A stretch of 64,000 nt of DNA, taken from positions 260,028,001-260,092,000 of the forward strand of contig OZ024743.1 of NCBI GenBank assembly GCA_964016885.1, given 5' to 3'. The DNA is from Eledone cirrhosa. Taxonomy: Eukaryota. The notes beneath the pieces are model-generated. The model was not told the DNA's origin. It saw nothing but the letters and a program-made list of their open reading frames with translations, and ran no database searches. Below, piece by piece: positions 1-18,000 of the stretch; position 1 is the first letter of the stretch; each line of letters begins with the position of its first letter. Position numbers and translations under genes: made by a program.

Positions 1-3000
1 AGTAACACCAACATTACCAACACGATCATCAGCACTAACAACAACACCAGTAACACCAACATTACCAACACGATCATCAGCACTAACACCAGTAACACCA
101 AAATTACCAACACGATCATCAGCACTAACAACAACACCAGTAACACCAACATTACCAACACGATCATCAGCACTAACAACAACAACAGTAACACCAACAT
201 TACCAACACGATCATCAGCACTAACAACAACAACAGTAACACCAACACCAGTAACACCAACATTACCAACACGATCATCAGCACTAACAACAACAACAGT
301 AACACCAACATTACCAACACGATCATCAGCACTAACATCAGTAACACCAACATTACCAACACCTTCGTCAGCACTAACAACAACAACAGTAACACCAACA
401 TTACCAACACGATCATCAGAACTAACAACAACATCAGTAACACCAACATTACCAACACCATCATCAGCACTACCAACAACACCAGTAACACCAACATTAC
501 CAACACGATCATCAGCACTAACAACAACACCAGTAACACCAACATTACCAACACGATCATCAGCACTAACAACAACACCAGTAACACCAACATTACCAAC
601 ACGATCATCAGCACTAACAACAACAACAGTAACACCAACATTACCAACACGATCATCAGCACTAACAACAACACCAGTAACACCAACATTACCAACACGA
701 TCATCAGCACTAACAATAACACCAGTAACACCAACATTACCAACACGATCATCAGCACTAACAACAACAACAGTAACACCAACATTACCAACACGATCAT
801 CAGCACTAATATCAGTAACACCAACATTACCAACACCATCATCAGCACTAACAACAACAACAGTAACACCAACATTACCAACACGATCATCAGCACTAAC
901 ATCAGTAACACCAACATTACCAACACGATCATCAGCACTAACTACAACACCAGTAACACCAACATTACCAACACGATCATCAGCACTAACAACAACAACA
1001 GTAACACCAACATTACCAGCACGATCATCAGCACTAACAACAACAACAGTAACACCAACATTACCAACACGATCATCAGCACTAACAACAACAACAGTAA
1101 CACCAACATTACCAACACGAACATCAGCACTAACAACAACACCAGTAACACCAACATTACCAACACGATCATCAGCACTAACAACAACACCAGTAACACC
1201 AACATTACCAACACGATCATCAGCACTAACAACAACAACAGTAACACCAACATTACCAACACGATCATCAGCACTAACAACAACAACAGTAACACCAACA
1301 TTACCAACACGATCATCAACACTAACAACAACAACAACAGTAACACCAACATTACCAACACGATCATCAGCACTAACATCAGTAACAACAACATTACCAA
1401 CACGATCATCAGCACTAGCAACAACAACAGTAACACCAACATTACCAACACGATCATCAGCACTAACATCAGTAACACCAACATTACCAACACGATCATC
1501 AGCACTAACAACAACACCAGTAACACAACATTACCAACACGATCAACAGCACTAACAACAACACCAGTAACACCAACATTACCAACACGGTCATCAGCAC
1601 TAACAACAACACCAGTAACACAACATTACCAACACGATCAACAGCACTAACAACAACACCAGTAACACCAACATTACCAACACGATCATCAGCACTAACA
1701 ACAACACCAGTAACACCAACATTACCAACACGATCATCAGCAGTAACAACAACAACAGTAACACCAACATTACCAACACCATCATCAGCACTAACAACAA
1801 CACCAGTAACACCAACATTTCCAACACAATCATCAGCACTAACAACACCAGTAACACCAACATTACCAACACCATCATCAGCACTAACAACAACACCAGT
1901 AACACCAACATTTCCAACACGATCATCAGCACTAACAACAACAACAGTAACACCAACATTACCAACATGATCATCAGCACTAACAACAACACCATTAACA
2001 CCAACATTTCCAACACGATCATCAGCACTAACAACAACAACAGTAACACCAACATTACCAACACGATCATCAGCACTAACATCAGTAACACCAACATTAC
2101 CAACACCTTCGTCAGCACTAACAACAACAACAGTAACACCAACATTACCAACACGATCATCAGAACTAACAACAACATCAGTAACACCAACATTACCAAC
2201 ACCATCATCAGCACTACCAACAACACCAGTAACACCAACATTACCAACACGATCATCAGCACTAACAACAACACCAGTAACACCAACATTACCAACACGA
2301 TCATCAGCACTAACAACAACACCAGTAACACCAACATTACCAACACGATCATCAGCACTAACAACAACAACAGTAACACCAACATTACCAACACGATCAT
2401 CAGCACTAACAACAACACCAGTAACACCAACATTACCAACACGATCATCAGCACTAACAATAACACCAGTAACACCAACATTACCAACACGATCATCAGC
2501 ACTAACAACAACAACAGTAACACCAACATTACCAACACGATCATCAGCACTAATATCAGTAACACCAACATTACCAACACCATCATCAGCACTAACAACA
2601 ACAACAGTAACACCAACATTACCAACACGATCATCAGCACTAACATCAGTAACACCAACATTACCAACACGATCATCAGCACTAACTACAACACCAGTAA
2701 CACCAACATTACCAACACGATCATCAGCACTAACAACAACAACAGTAACACCAACATTACCAGCACGATCATCAGCACTAACAACAACAACAGTAACACC
2801 AACATTACCAACACGATCATCAGCACTAACAACAACAACAGTAACACCAACATTACCAACACGAACATCAGCACTAACAACAACACCAGTAACACCAACA
2901 TTACCAACACGATCATCAGCACTAACAACAACACCAGTAACACCAACATTACCAACACGATCATCAGCACTAACAACAACAACAGTAACACCAACATTAC

Positions 3001-6000
3001 CAACACGATCATCAGCACTAACAACAACAACAGTAACACCAACATTACCAACACAATCATCAACACTAACAACAACAACAACAGTAACACCAACATTACC
3101 AACACGATCATCAGCACTAACATCAGTAACAACAACATTACCAACACGATCATCAGCACTAGCAACAACAACAGTAACACCAACATTACCAACACGATCA
3201 TCAGCACTAACATCAGTAACACCAACATTACCAACACGATCATCAGCACTAACAACAACACCAGTAACACAACATTACCAACACGATCAACAGCACTAAC
3301 AACAACACCAGTAACACCAACATTACCAACACGGTCATCAGCACTAACAACAACACCAGTAACACAACATTACCAACACGATCAACAGCACTAACAACAA
3401 CACCAGTAACACCAACATTACCAACACGATCATCAGCACTAACAACAACACCAGTAACACCAACATTACCAACACGATCATCAGCAGTAACAACAACAAC
3501 AGTAACACCAACATTACCAACACCATCATCAGCACTAACAACAACACCAGTAACACCAACATTTCCAACACAATCATCAGCACTAACAACACCAGTAACA
3601 CCAACATTACCAACACCATCATCAGCACTAACAACAACACCAGTAACACCAACATTTCCAACACGATCATCAGCACTAACAACAACAACAGTAACACCAA
3701 CATTACCAACATGATCATCAGCACTAACAACAACACCATTAACACCAACATTTCCAACACGATCATCAGCACTAACAACAACAACAGTAACACCAACATT
3801 ACCAACACGATCATCAGCACTAACAACAACACCAGTAACACCAACATTACCAACACGATCATCATCACTAACAACAACATCAGTAACACCAACATTACCA
3901 ACACGATCATCAGCACTAACAACAACAACAGTAACACCAACATTACCAACACGATCATCAGCACTAACAACAACAACAGTAACACCAACATTACCAACAC
4001 GATCATCATCACTAACAACAACATCAGTAACACCAACATTACCAACACGATCATCAGCACTAACAACAACAACAGTAACACCAACATTACCAACACGATC
4101 ATCAGCACTAACAACAACACCAGTAACACCAACATTACCAACACGATCATCAACACTAACAACAACACCAGTAACACCAACATTACCAACACGATCATCA
4201 GCACTAACAACAACATCAGTAACACCAACATTACCAACACGATCATCAGCACTAACAACAACACCAGTAACACCAACATTACCAACACGATCATCATCAC
4301 TAGCAACAACATCAGTAACACCAACATTACCAACACGATCATCAGCACTAACAACAACACCAGTAACACCAACATTTCCAACACGATCATCAGCACTAAC
4401 AACAACACCAGTAACACCAACATTACCAACACGATCATCAGCACTAACAACAACACCAGTAACACCAACATTACCAACACCATCATCAGCACTAACAACA
4501 ACACCAGTAACACCAACATTACCAACACGATCATCAACACTAACAACAACAGCAGTAACACCAACATTACCAACACGATCATCAGCACTAACAATAACCC
4601 ATTAACACCAACATTACCAACACGATCATCAGCACTAACAACAACACCAGTAACACCAACATTACAAACACGATCATCAGCATTAACAACAACAACAGTA
4701 ACACCAACATTACCAACACGATCATCAGCACTAACAACAACAACAGTAACACCAACATTACCAACACGATCATCAGCACTAACAACAACAACAGTAACAC
4801 CAACATTACCAACATGATCATCAGCACTAACAACAACACCAGTAACACCAACATTACCAACACGATCCTCAGCACTAACAACAACACCAGTAACACCAAC
4901 ATTACCAACACGATCATCAGCACTAACAACAACACCAGTAACACCAACATTACCAACACGATCCTCAGCACTAACAATAACCCAGTAACACCAACATTGC
5001 CAACACGATCATCAGCACTATCAACAACAACAACAGTAACACCAACATTACCAACACGATCATCAGCACTAACATCAGTAACAACAACATTACCAACACG
5101 ATCATCAGCACTAACAACAACAACAGTAACACCAACATTACCAACACGATCATCAGCACTAACAACAACACCAGTAAGACCAACATTACCAACACGGTCA
5201 TCAGCACTAACAACAACACCAGTAACACCAACATTACCAACACGATCATCAGCACTAACAACAACACCATTAACACCGACATTACCAACACGATCATCAG
5301 CACTAACAACAACACCAGTAACACCAACATTACCAACACGATCATCAGCACTAACAATAACACCATTAACACCAACATTACCAACACGATCATCAGCACT
5401 AACAACAACACCAGTAACACAAACATTTCCAACACGATCATCAGCACTAACAACATCAACAGTAACACCAACATTACCAACATGATCATCAGCACTAACA
5501 ACAACACCAGTAACACCAACATTACCAACACGATCATCAGCACTAACAACAACACCAGTTACACCAACATTACCAACACGATCATCAGCACTAACAATAA
5601 CAACAGTAACACCAACATTACCAACACGATCATCAGCACTGACAACAACAACAGTAACACCAACATTACCAACACGATCATCAGCACTAACAGCAATATC
5701 AGTAACACCAACATTACAAACACGGTCATCAGCACTAACAACAACACCAGTAACACCAACACCAGTAACACCAACATTACCAACACGATCATCAGCACTA
5801 ACAACAACACCAGCAACACCAACATTACCAACACGATCATCAGCACTAACAACAACAACAGTAACACCAACATTACCAACACGATCATAAGCACTAACAA
5901 CAACACCAGTAACACCAACATTACCAACACGATCATCAGCACTAACAATAACACCAGTAACACCAACATTACCAACACGATCATCAGCACTAACAACAAC

Positions 6001-9000
6001 AACAGTAACACCAACATTACCAACACGATCATCAGCACTAACATCAGTAACACCAACATTACCAACACCATCATCAGCACTAACAACAACAACAGTAACA
6101 CCAACATTACCAACACGATCATCAGCACTAACATCAGTAACACCAACATTACCAACACGATCATCAGCACTAACAACAACAACAGTAACACCAACATTAC
6201 CAGCACGATCATCAGCACTAACAACAACAACAGTAACACCAACATTACCAACACGATCATCAGCACTAACAACAACAACAGTAACACCAACATTACCAAC
6301 ACGAACATCAGCACTAACAACAACACCAGTAACACCAACATTACCAACACGATCATCAGCACTAGCAACAACACCAGTAACACCAACATTACCAACACGA
6401 TCATCAGCACTAACAACAACAACAGTAACACCAACATTACCAACACGATCATCAGCACTAACAACAACAACAGTAACACCAACATTACCAACACGATCAT
6501 CAGCACTAACAACAACAACAGTAACACCAACATTACCAACACGATCATCAGCACTAACAACAACACCACTAACACCAACATTACCAACACGATCCTCAGC
6601 ACTAACAACAACACCAGTAACACCAACATTACCAACACGATCATCAGCAGTAACAACAACAACAACAGTAACACCAACATTACCAACACGATCATCAGCA
6701 CTAACAACAACACCAGTAACACCAACATTACCAACACGATCATCAGCAGTAACAACAACACCAGTAACACCAACATTACCAACACGATCATCAGCAGTAA
6801 CAACAACAACAACAGTAACACCAACATTACCAACACGATCATCAGCACTAACAACAACACCAGTAACACCAACATTACCAACACGATCCTCAGCACTAAC
6901 AACAACACCAGTAACACCAACATTACCAACACGATCATCAGCAGTAACAACAACAACAACAGTAACACCAACATTACCAACACGATCATCAGCACTAACA
7001 ACAACAACAGTAACACCAACATTACCAACACGATCATCAGCACTAACAACAACACCAGTAACACCAACATTACCAACACGATCATCAGCACTAACAACAA
7101 CACCAGTAACACCAACATTACCAACACGATCATCAGCACTAACAACAACACCAGTAACACCAACATTACCAACACGATCATCAGCACTAACAACAACACC
7201 AGTAACACCAACATTACCAACACGATCATCAGCAGTAACAACAACAACAACAACAGTAACACCAACATTACCAACACGATCATCAGCACTAACATCAGTA
7301 ACACCAACATTACCAACACGATCATCAGCACTAGCAACAACAACAGTAACACCAACATTACCAACACGATCATCAGCACTAACATCAGTAACACCAACAT
7401 TACCAACACGATCATCAGCACTAACAACAACACCAGTAACACAACATTACCAACACGATCATCAGCACTAACAACAACAACAGTAACACCAACATTACCA
7501 ACACGATCATCAGCACTAACAACAACACCATTAACACCAACATTACCAACACGATCATCAGCACTAACAACAACACCAGTAACACCAACATTACCAACAC
7601 GATCATCAGCACTAACAATAACACCATTAACACCAACATTAACAACACGATCATCAGCACTAAAAACAACACCAGTAACACCAACATTTCCAACACGATC
7701 ATCAGCACTAACAACAACAACAGTAACACCAACATTACCAACATGATCATCAGCACTAACAACAACACCACTAACACCAACATTACCAACACGATCATCA
7801 GCACTAACAACAACAACAGTAACACCAACATTACCAACACCATCATCAGCACTAACAACAACACCAGTAACACCAACATTACCAACACGATCATCAGCAC
7901 TAACAACAACAACAACAGTAACACCAACATTACCAACATGATCATCAGCACTAACAACAACACCATTAACACCAACATTTCCAACACGATCATCAGCACT
8001 AACAACAACAACAGTAACACCAACATTACCAACACGATCATCAGCACTAACAACAACACCAGTAACACCAACATTACCAACACGATCATCATCACTAACA
8101 ACAACATCAGTAACACCAACATTACCAACACGATCATCAGCACTAACAGCAATATCAGTAACACCAACATTACAAACACGGTCATCAGCACTAACAACAA
8201 CACCAGTAACACCAACACCAGTAACACCAACATTACCAACACGATCATCAGCACTAACAACAACACCAGCAACACCAACATTACCAACACGATCATCAGC
8301 ACTAACAACAACAACAGTAACACCAACATTACCAACACGATCATAAGCACTAACAACAACACCAGTAACACCAACATTACCAACACGATCATCAGCACTA
8401 ACAACAACACCAGTAACACAAACATTTCCAACACGATCATCAGCACTAACAACATCAACAGTAACACCAACATTACCAACATGATCATCAGCACTAACAA
8501 CAACACCAGTAACACCAACATTACCAACACGATCATCAGCACTAACAACAACACCAGTTACACCAACATTACCAACACGATCATCAGCACTAACAATAAC
8601 AACAGTAACACCAACATTACCAACACGATCATCAGCACTGACAACAACAACAGTAACACCAACATTACCAACACGATCATCAGCACTAACAGCAATATCA
8701 GTAACACCAACATTACAAACACGGTCATCAGCACTAACAACAACACCAGTAACACCAACACCAGTAACACCAACATTACCAACACGATCATCAGCACTAA
8801 CAACAACACCAGCAACACCAACATTACCAACACGATCATCAGCACTAACAACAACAACAGTAACACCAACATTACCAACACGATCATAAGCACTAACAAC
8901 AACACCAGTAACACCAACATTACCAACACGATCATCAGCACTAACAATAACACCAGTAACACCAACATTACCAACACGATCATCAGCACTAACAACAACA

Positions 9001-12000
9001 ACAGTAACACCAACATTACCAACACGATCATCAGCACTAACATCAGTAACACCAACATTACCAACACCATCATCAGCACTAACAACAACAACAGTAACAC
9101 CAACATTACCAACACGATCATCAGCACTAACATCAGTAACACCAACATTACCAACACGATCATCAGCACTAACAACAACAACAGTAACACCAACATTACC
9201 AGCACGATCATCAGCACTAACAACAACAACAGTAACACCAACATTACCAACACGATCATCAGCACTAACAACAACAACAGTAACACCAACATTACCAACA
9301 CGAACATCAGCACTAACAACAACACCAGTAACACCAACATTACCAACACGATCATCAGCACTAGCAACAACACCAGTAACACCAACATTACCAACACGAT
9401 CATCAGCACTAACAACAACAACAGTAACACCAACATTACCAACACGATCATCAGCACTAACAACAACAACAGTAACACCAACATTACCAACACGATCATC
9501 AGCACTAACAACAACAACAGTAACACCAACATTACCAACACGATCATCAGCACTAACAACAACACCACTAACACCAACATTACCAACACGATCCTCAGCA
9601 CTAACAACAACACCAGTAACACCAACATTACCAACACGATCATCAGCAGTAACAACAACAACAACAGTAACACCAACATTACCAACACGATCATCAGCAC
9701 TAACAACAACACCAGTAACACCAACATTACCAACACGATCATCAGCAGTAACAACAACACCAGTAACACCAACATTACCAACACGATCATCAGCAGTAAC
9801 AACAACAACAACAGTAACACCAACATTACCAACACGATCATCAGCACTAACAACAACACCAGTAACACCAACATTACCAACACGATCCTCAGCACTAACA
9901 ACAACACCAGTAACACCAACATTACCAACACGATCATCAGCAGTAACAACAACAACAACAGTAACACCAACATTACCAACACGATCATCAGCACTAACAA
10001 CAACAACAGTAACACCAACATTACCAACACGATCATCAGCACTAACAACAACACCAGTAACACCAACATTACCAACACGATCATCAGCACTAACAACAAC
10101 ACCAGTAACACCAACATTACCAACACGATCATCAGCACTAACAACAACACCAGTAACACCAACATTACCAACACGATCATCAGCACTAACAACAACACCA
10201 GTAACACCAACATTACCAACACGATCATCAGCAGTAACAACAACAACAACAACAGTAACACCAACATTACCAACACGATCATCAGCACTAACATCAGTAA
10301 CACCAACATTACCAACACGATCATCAGCACTAGCAACAACAACAGTAACACCAACATTACCAACACGATCATCAGCACTAACATCAGTAACACCAACATT
10401 ACCAACACGATCATCAGCACTAACAACAACACCAGTAACACAACATTACCAACACGATCATCAGCACTAACAACAACAACAGTAACACCAACATTACCAA
10501 CACGATCATCAGCACTAACAACAACACCATTAACACCAACATTACCAACACGATCATCAGCACTAACAACAACACCAGTAACACCAACATTACCAACACG
10601 ATCATCAGCACTAACAATAACACCATTAACACCAACATTAACAACACGATCATCAGCACTAAAAACAACACCAGTAACACCAACATTTCCAACACGATCA
10701 TCAGCACTAACAACAACAACAGTAACACCAACATTACCAACATGATCATCAGCACTAACAACAACACCACTAACACCAACATTACCAACACGATCATCAG
10801 CACTAACAACAACAACAGTAACACCAACATTACCAACACCATCATCAGCACTAACAACAACACCAGTAACACCAACATTACCAACACGATCATCAGCACT
10901 AACAACAACAACAACAGTAACACCAACATTACCAACATGATCATCAGCACTAACAACAACACCATTAACACCAACATTTCCAACACGATCATCAGCACTA
11001 ACAACAACAACAGTAACACCAACATTACCAACACGATCATCAGCACTAACAACAACACCAGTAACACCAACATTACCAACACGATCATCATCACTAACAA
11101 CAACATCAGTAACACCAACATTACCAACACGATCATCAGCACTAACAACAACAACAGTAACACCAACATTACCAACACGATCATCATCACTAGCAACAAC
11201 ATCAGTAACACCAACATTACCAACACGATCATCAGCACTAACAACAACACCAGTAACACCAACATTTCCAACACGATCATCAGCACTAACAACAACACCA
11301 GTAACACCAACATTACCAACACGATCATCAGCACTAACAACAACACCAGTAACACCAACATTACCAACACCATCATCAGCACTAACAACAACACCAGTAA
11401 CACCAACATTACCAACACGATCATCAGCACTAACAATAACCCATTAACACCAACATTACCAACACGATCATCAGCACTAACAACATCAACAGTAACACCA
11501 ACATTACCAACACGATCATCAGCACTAACAACAACAACAGTAACACCAACATTACCAACACGATCATCAGCACTAACAACAACACCAGTAACACCAACAT
11601 TACCAACACGATCATCAGCACTAACAACAACACCAGTAACACCAACGTTACAAACACGATCATCAGCATTAACAACAACAACAGTAACACCAACATTACC
11701 AACACGATCATCAGCACTAACAACAACAACAGTAACACCAACATTACCAACACGATCATCAGCACTAACAACAACAACAGTAACACCAACATTACCAACA
11801 TGATCATCAGCACTAACAACAACACCAGTAACACCAACATTACCAACACGATCCTCAGCACTAACAACAACACCAGTAACACCAACATTACCAACACGAT
11901 CATCAGCACTAACAACAACACCAGTAACACCAACATTACCAACACGATCCTCAGCACTAACAACAACAACAGTAACACCAACATTACCAACACGATCATC

Positions 12001-15000
12001 AGCACTAACATCAGTAACACCAACATTACCAACACGATCATCAGCACTAACAACAACAACAGTAACACCAACATTACCAACACGATCATCAGCACTAACA
12101 ACAACAACAGTAACACCAACATTACCAACACGATCATCAGCACTAACATCAGTAACAACAACATTACCAACACGATCATCAGCACTAAAAACAACAACAG
12201 TAACACCAACATTACCAACATCATCATCAGCACTAACAACAACACCAGTAACACCAACATTACCAACACGATCATCAGCACTAACAACAACACCAGTAAC
12301 ACCAACATTACCAACACGATCATCAGCACTAACAACAACACCAGTAAGACCAACATTACCAACACGGTCATCAGCACTAACAACAACACCAGTAACACCA
12401 ACATTACCAACATGATCATCAACACTAACAACACCAGCAGTAACACCAACATTACCAACACGATCATCAGCACTAACAACAACACCATTAACACCAACAT
12501 TACCAACACGATCATCAGCACTAACAACAACACCAGTAACACCAACATTACCAACACGATCATCAGCACTAACAATAACACCATTAACACCAACATTACC
12601 AACACGATCATCAGCACTAACAACAACACCAGTAACACCAACATTTCCAACACGATCATCAGCACTAACAACAACAGTAACACCAACATTACCAACATGA
12701 TCATCAGCACTAACAACAACACCAGTAACACCAACATTACCAACACGATCATCAGCACTAACAATAACACCATTAACAGCAACATTACCAACACGATCAT
12801 CAGCACTAACAACAACACCAGTAACACCAACATTACCAACATGATCATCAGCACTAACAACAACACCAGTAACACCAACATTACCAACACGATCATCAGC
12901 ACTAACAATAACACCATTAACAGCAACATTACCAACACGATCATCAGCACTAACAACAACACCAGTAACACCAACATTACCAACATGATCATCAGCACTA
13001 ACAACAACACCAGTAACACCAACATTACCAACACCATCATCAGCACTAACAACAACACCAGTAACACCAACATTTCCAACACAATCATCAGCACTAACAA
13101 CAACAACAGTAACACGAACATTACCAACATGATCATCAGCACTAACAACAACACCATTAACACCAACATTTCCAACACGATCATCAGCACTAACAACAAC
13201 AACAGTAACACCAACATTACCAACACGATCATCAGCACTAACAACAACACCAGTAACACCAACATTACCAACACGATCATCATCACTAACAACAACATCA
13301 GTAACAACAACATTACCAACACGATCATCAGCACTAACAACAACAACAGTAACACCAACATTACCAACACGATCATCAGCACTAACAACAACACCAGTAA
13401 CACCAACATTACCAACACGATCATCAGCACTAACAACAACACCAGTAACACCAACATTACCAACACGATCATCAGCACTAACAACAACACCAGTAACACC
13501 AACATTACCAACACGATCATCAGCACTAACAACAACAACAGTAACACCAACATTACCAACACGATCATCAGCACTAACAACAACAACAGTAACACCAACA
13601 TTACCAACACGATCATCAACACTAACAACAACAACAGTAACACCAACATTACCAACACGATCATCAGCACTAACAACAACAACAGTAACACCAACATTAC
13701 CAACACGATCATCAGCACTAACAACAACAACAGTAACACCAACATTAACAACACGATCATCAGCACTAACAACAACAACAGTAACACCAACATTACCAAC
13801 ACGAACATCAGCACTAACAACAACACCAGTAACACCAACATTACCAACACGATCATCAGCACTAACAACAACAACAGTAACACCAACATTACCAACATGA
13901 CCATCAGCACTAACAACAACACCAGTAACACCAACATTACCAACACGATCATCAGCACTAACAACAACAACAGTAACACCAACATTACCAACATGATCAT
14001 CAGCACTAACAACAACAACAGTAACACCAACATTACCAACATGATCATCAGCACTAACAACAACAACAGTAACACCAACATTACCAACACGAACATCAGC
14101 ACTAACAACAACACCAGTAACACCAACATTACCAACACGATCATCAGCACTAACAACAACAACAGTAACACCAACATTACAAACACGATCATCAGCACTA
14201 ACAACAACACCAGTAACACCAACATTACCAACACGATCATCAGCACTGACAATAACACAGTAACACCAACATTACCAACACGATCATCAGCACTAACAAC
14301 AACACCAGTAACACCAACATTTCCAACACGATCATCAGCACTAACAACAACAGCAGTAACACCAACATTACCAACACCATCATCAGCACTAACAACGACA
14401 ACAGTAACACCAACATTACCAACACGTTCATCAGCACTAACAACAGTAACACCAACATTACCAACACGATCATCAGCACTAACAACAACACCAGTAACAC
14501 CAACATTTCCAACACGATCATCAGCACTAACAACAACAGCAGTAACACCAACATTACCAACACCATCATCAGCACTAACATCAACAACAGTAACACCAAC
14601 ATTACCAACACGTTCATCAGCACTAACAACAGTAACACCAACATTACCAACACGATCATCAGCACTAACAACAACAACAGTAACACCAACATTACCAACA
14701 CGATCATCAGCACTAACAACAACAACAGTAACACCAACATTACCAACACGATCATCAACACTAACAACAACAACAGTAACACCAACATTACCAACACGAT
14801 CATCAGCACTAACAACAACAACAGTAACACCAACATTACCAACACGATCATCAGCACTAACAACAAAAACAGTAACACCAACATTACCAACACGATCATC
14901 AGCACTAACAACAACAACAGTAACACCAACATTACCAACACGAACACCAGCACTAACAACAACACCAGTAACACCAACATTACCAACACGATCATCAGCA

Positions 15001-18000
15001 CTAACAACAACAACAGTAACACCAACATTACCAACATGATCATCAGCACTAACAACAACACCAGTAACACCAACATTACAAACACGATCATCAGCACTAA
15101 CAACAACACCAGTAACACCAACATTACCAACACGATCATCAGCACTAACAATAACCCAGTAACACCAACGTTACCAACACGATCATCAGCACTAACAACA
15201 ACACCAGTAACACCAACATTTCCAACACGATCATCAGCACTAACAACAACAACAGCAGTAACACCAACATTACCAACACCATCATCAGCACTAACAACAA
15301 CAACAGTAACACCAACATTACCAACACGTTCATCAGCACTAACAACAGTAACACCAACATTACCAACACGATCATCAGCACTAACAACAACACCAGTAAC
15401 ACCAACATTTCCAACACGATCATCAGCACTAACAACAACAGCAGTAACACCAACATTACCAACACCATCATCAGCACTAGCAACAACAACAGTAACACCA
15501 ACATTACCAACACGTTCATCAGCACTAACAACAGTAACACCAACATTACCAACACGATCATCAGCACTAACAACAACACCAGTAGCACCAACATTTCCAA
15601 CACGATCATCAGCACTAACAACAACACCAGTTACACCAACATTACCAACACGATCATCAGCACTAACACCAGTAACACCAACATTACCAACACCATCATC
15701 AGCACTAACAACAACACCAGTAACACCAACATTACCAACACGATCATCAGCACTAACAACAACAACAGTAACACCAACATTACCAACACGATCATCAGCA
15801 CTAACAACAACAACAGTAACACCAACATTACCAACACGATCATCAGCACTAACAACAGTAACACCAACATTACCAACACGATCATCAGCACTAACAACAG
15901 TAACACCAACATTACCAACACCACCAACATGATCATCAGCACTAACAACAACAACAGTAACACCAACATTACCAACACGATCATCAACACTAACAACAAC
16001 ATCAGTAACACCAACATTTCCAACACGATCATCAGCACTAACAACAACAACAGTAACACCAACATTACCAACACGATCATCAACACTAACAACAACACCA
16101 GTAACACCAACATTTCCAACACGATCATCAGCACTAACAACAACACCAGTAACACCAACACGATCATCAGCACTAACAACAACAACTGTAACACCAACAT
16201 TACCAACACGATCATCAGCACTAACAACAACAAAAGTAACACCAACATTACCAACACGATCATCAGCACTAACAACAACAACAATAACACCAACATTACC
16301 AACACGATCATCAGCACTAACAACAACACCAGTAACACCAACATTACCAACACGATCATCAGCACTAACAACAACACCAGTAACACCAACATTACCAACA
16401 CGATCATCAACACTAACAACAACACCAGTAACACCAACATTACCAACACGATCATCAACACTAACAACAACAACAGTAACACCAACATTACCAACACGAT
16501 CATCAGCACTAACAACAACAACAGTAACACCAACATTACCAACACGATCATCAGCACTAACAACAACAGCAGTAACACCAACATTACCAACACGATCATC
16601 AGCACTAACAACAACAACAGTAACACCAACATTACCAACACGATCATCAGCACTAACAACAACACCAATAACACCAACATTACCAACACGATCATCAACA
16701 CTAACAACAACACCAGTAACACCAACATTTCCAACACGATCATCAACACTAACAACAACACCAGTATCACCAACATTACCAACACGATCATCAACACTAA
16801 CAACAACAACAGTAACACCAACATTACCAACACGATCATCAGCACTAACAACAACAACAGTAACACCAACATTACCAACACGATCATCAGCACTAACAAC
16901 AACTCAGTAACACCAACATTACCAACACGATCATCAGCACTAACAACAACACCAGTAACACCAACATTACCAACACGATCATCAGCACTAACAACAACAG
17001 CAGTAACACCAACATTACCAACACGATCATCAGCACTAACAACAACACCAGTAACGCCAACATTACCAACACGATCATCAGCACTAACAACGACAACAGT
17101 AAAACCAACATTACCAACACCATCATCAGCACTAACAACATCAACAGTAACACCAACATTACCAACACGATCATCAGCACTAACAACAACAACAGTAACA
17201 CCAACATTACCAACACGATCATCAACACTAACAACAACAACAGTAACATCAACATTACCAACACGATCATCAGCACTAACAATAACTCCAGTAACATCAA
17301 CATTACAAACACGATCATCAGCACTAACAACACCAGCAGTAACACCAACATTACCAACACGAACATCAGCACTAACATCAGTAACACCAACATTACCAAC
17401 ACGATCATCAGCACTAACAATAACTCCAGTAACATCAACACTACAAACACGATCATCAGCACTAACAACACCAGCAGTAACACCAACATTACCAACACGA
17501 TCATCAGCACTAACAACAACAACAGTAACACCAAAATTACCAACACGATCATCAGCACTAACAACAACAACAGTACCACCAACATTACCACCACGATCAT
17601 CAGCACTAACAACAACACCAGTAACACCAACATTACCAACACGATCATCAGCACTAACAACAACAACAGTAACACCAACATTACCAACACGATCATCAGC
17701 ACTAACAACAACACCAGTAACACCAACATTACCAACACGATCATCAACACTAACAACAACAACAGTAACACCAACTTTACCAACACGATCATCAGCACTA
17801 ACAACAACAACAGTAACACCAACATTACCAACACCATCATCAGCACTAACAACAACAACAATAACACCAACATTACCAACACGATCATCAGCACTAACAA
17901 CAACACCAGTAACACCAACATTACCAACACGATCATCAGCACTAACAACAACAACAGTAACACCAACATTACCAACACGATCATCAACACTAACAACAAC

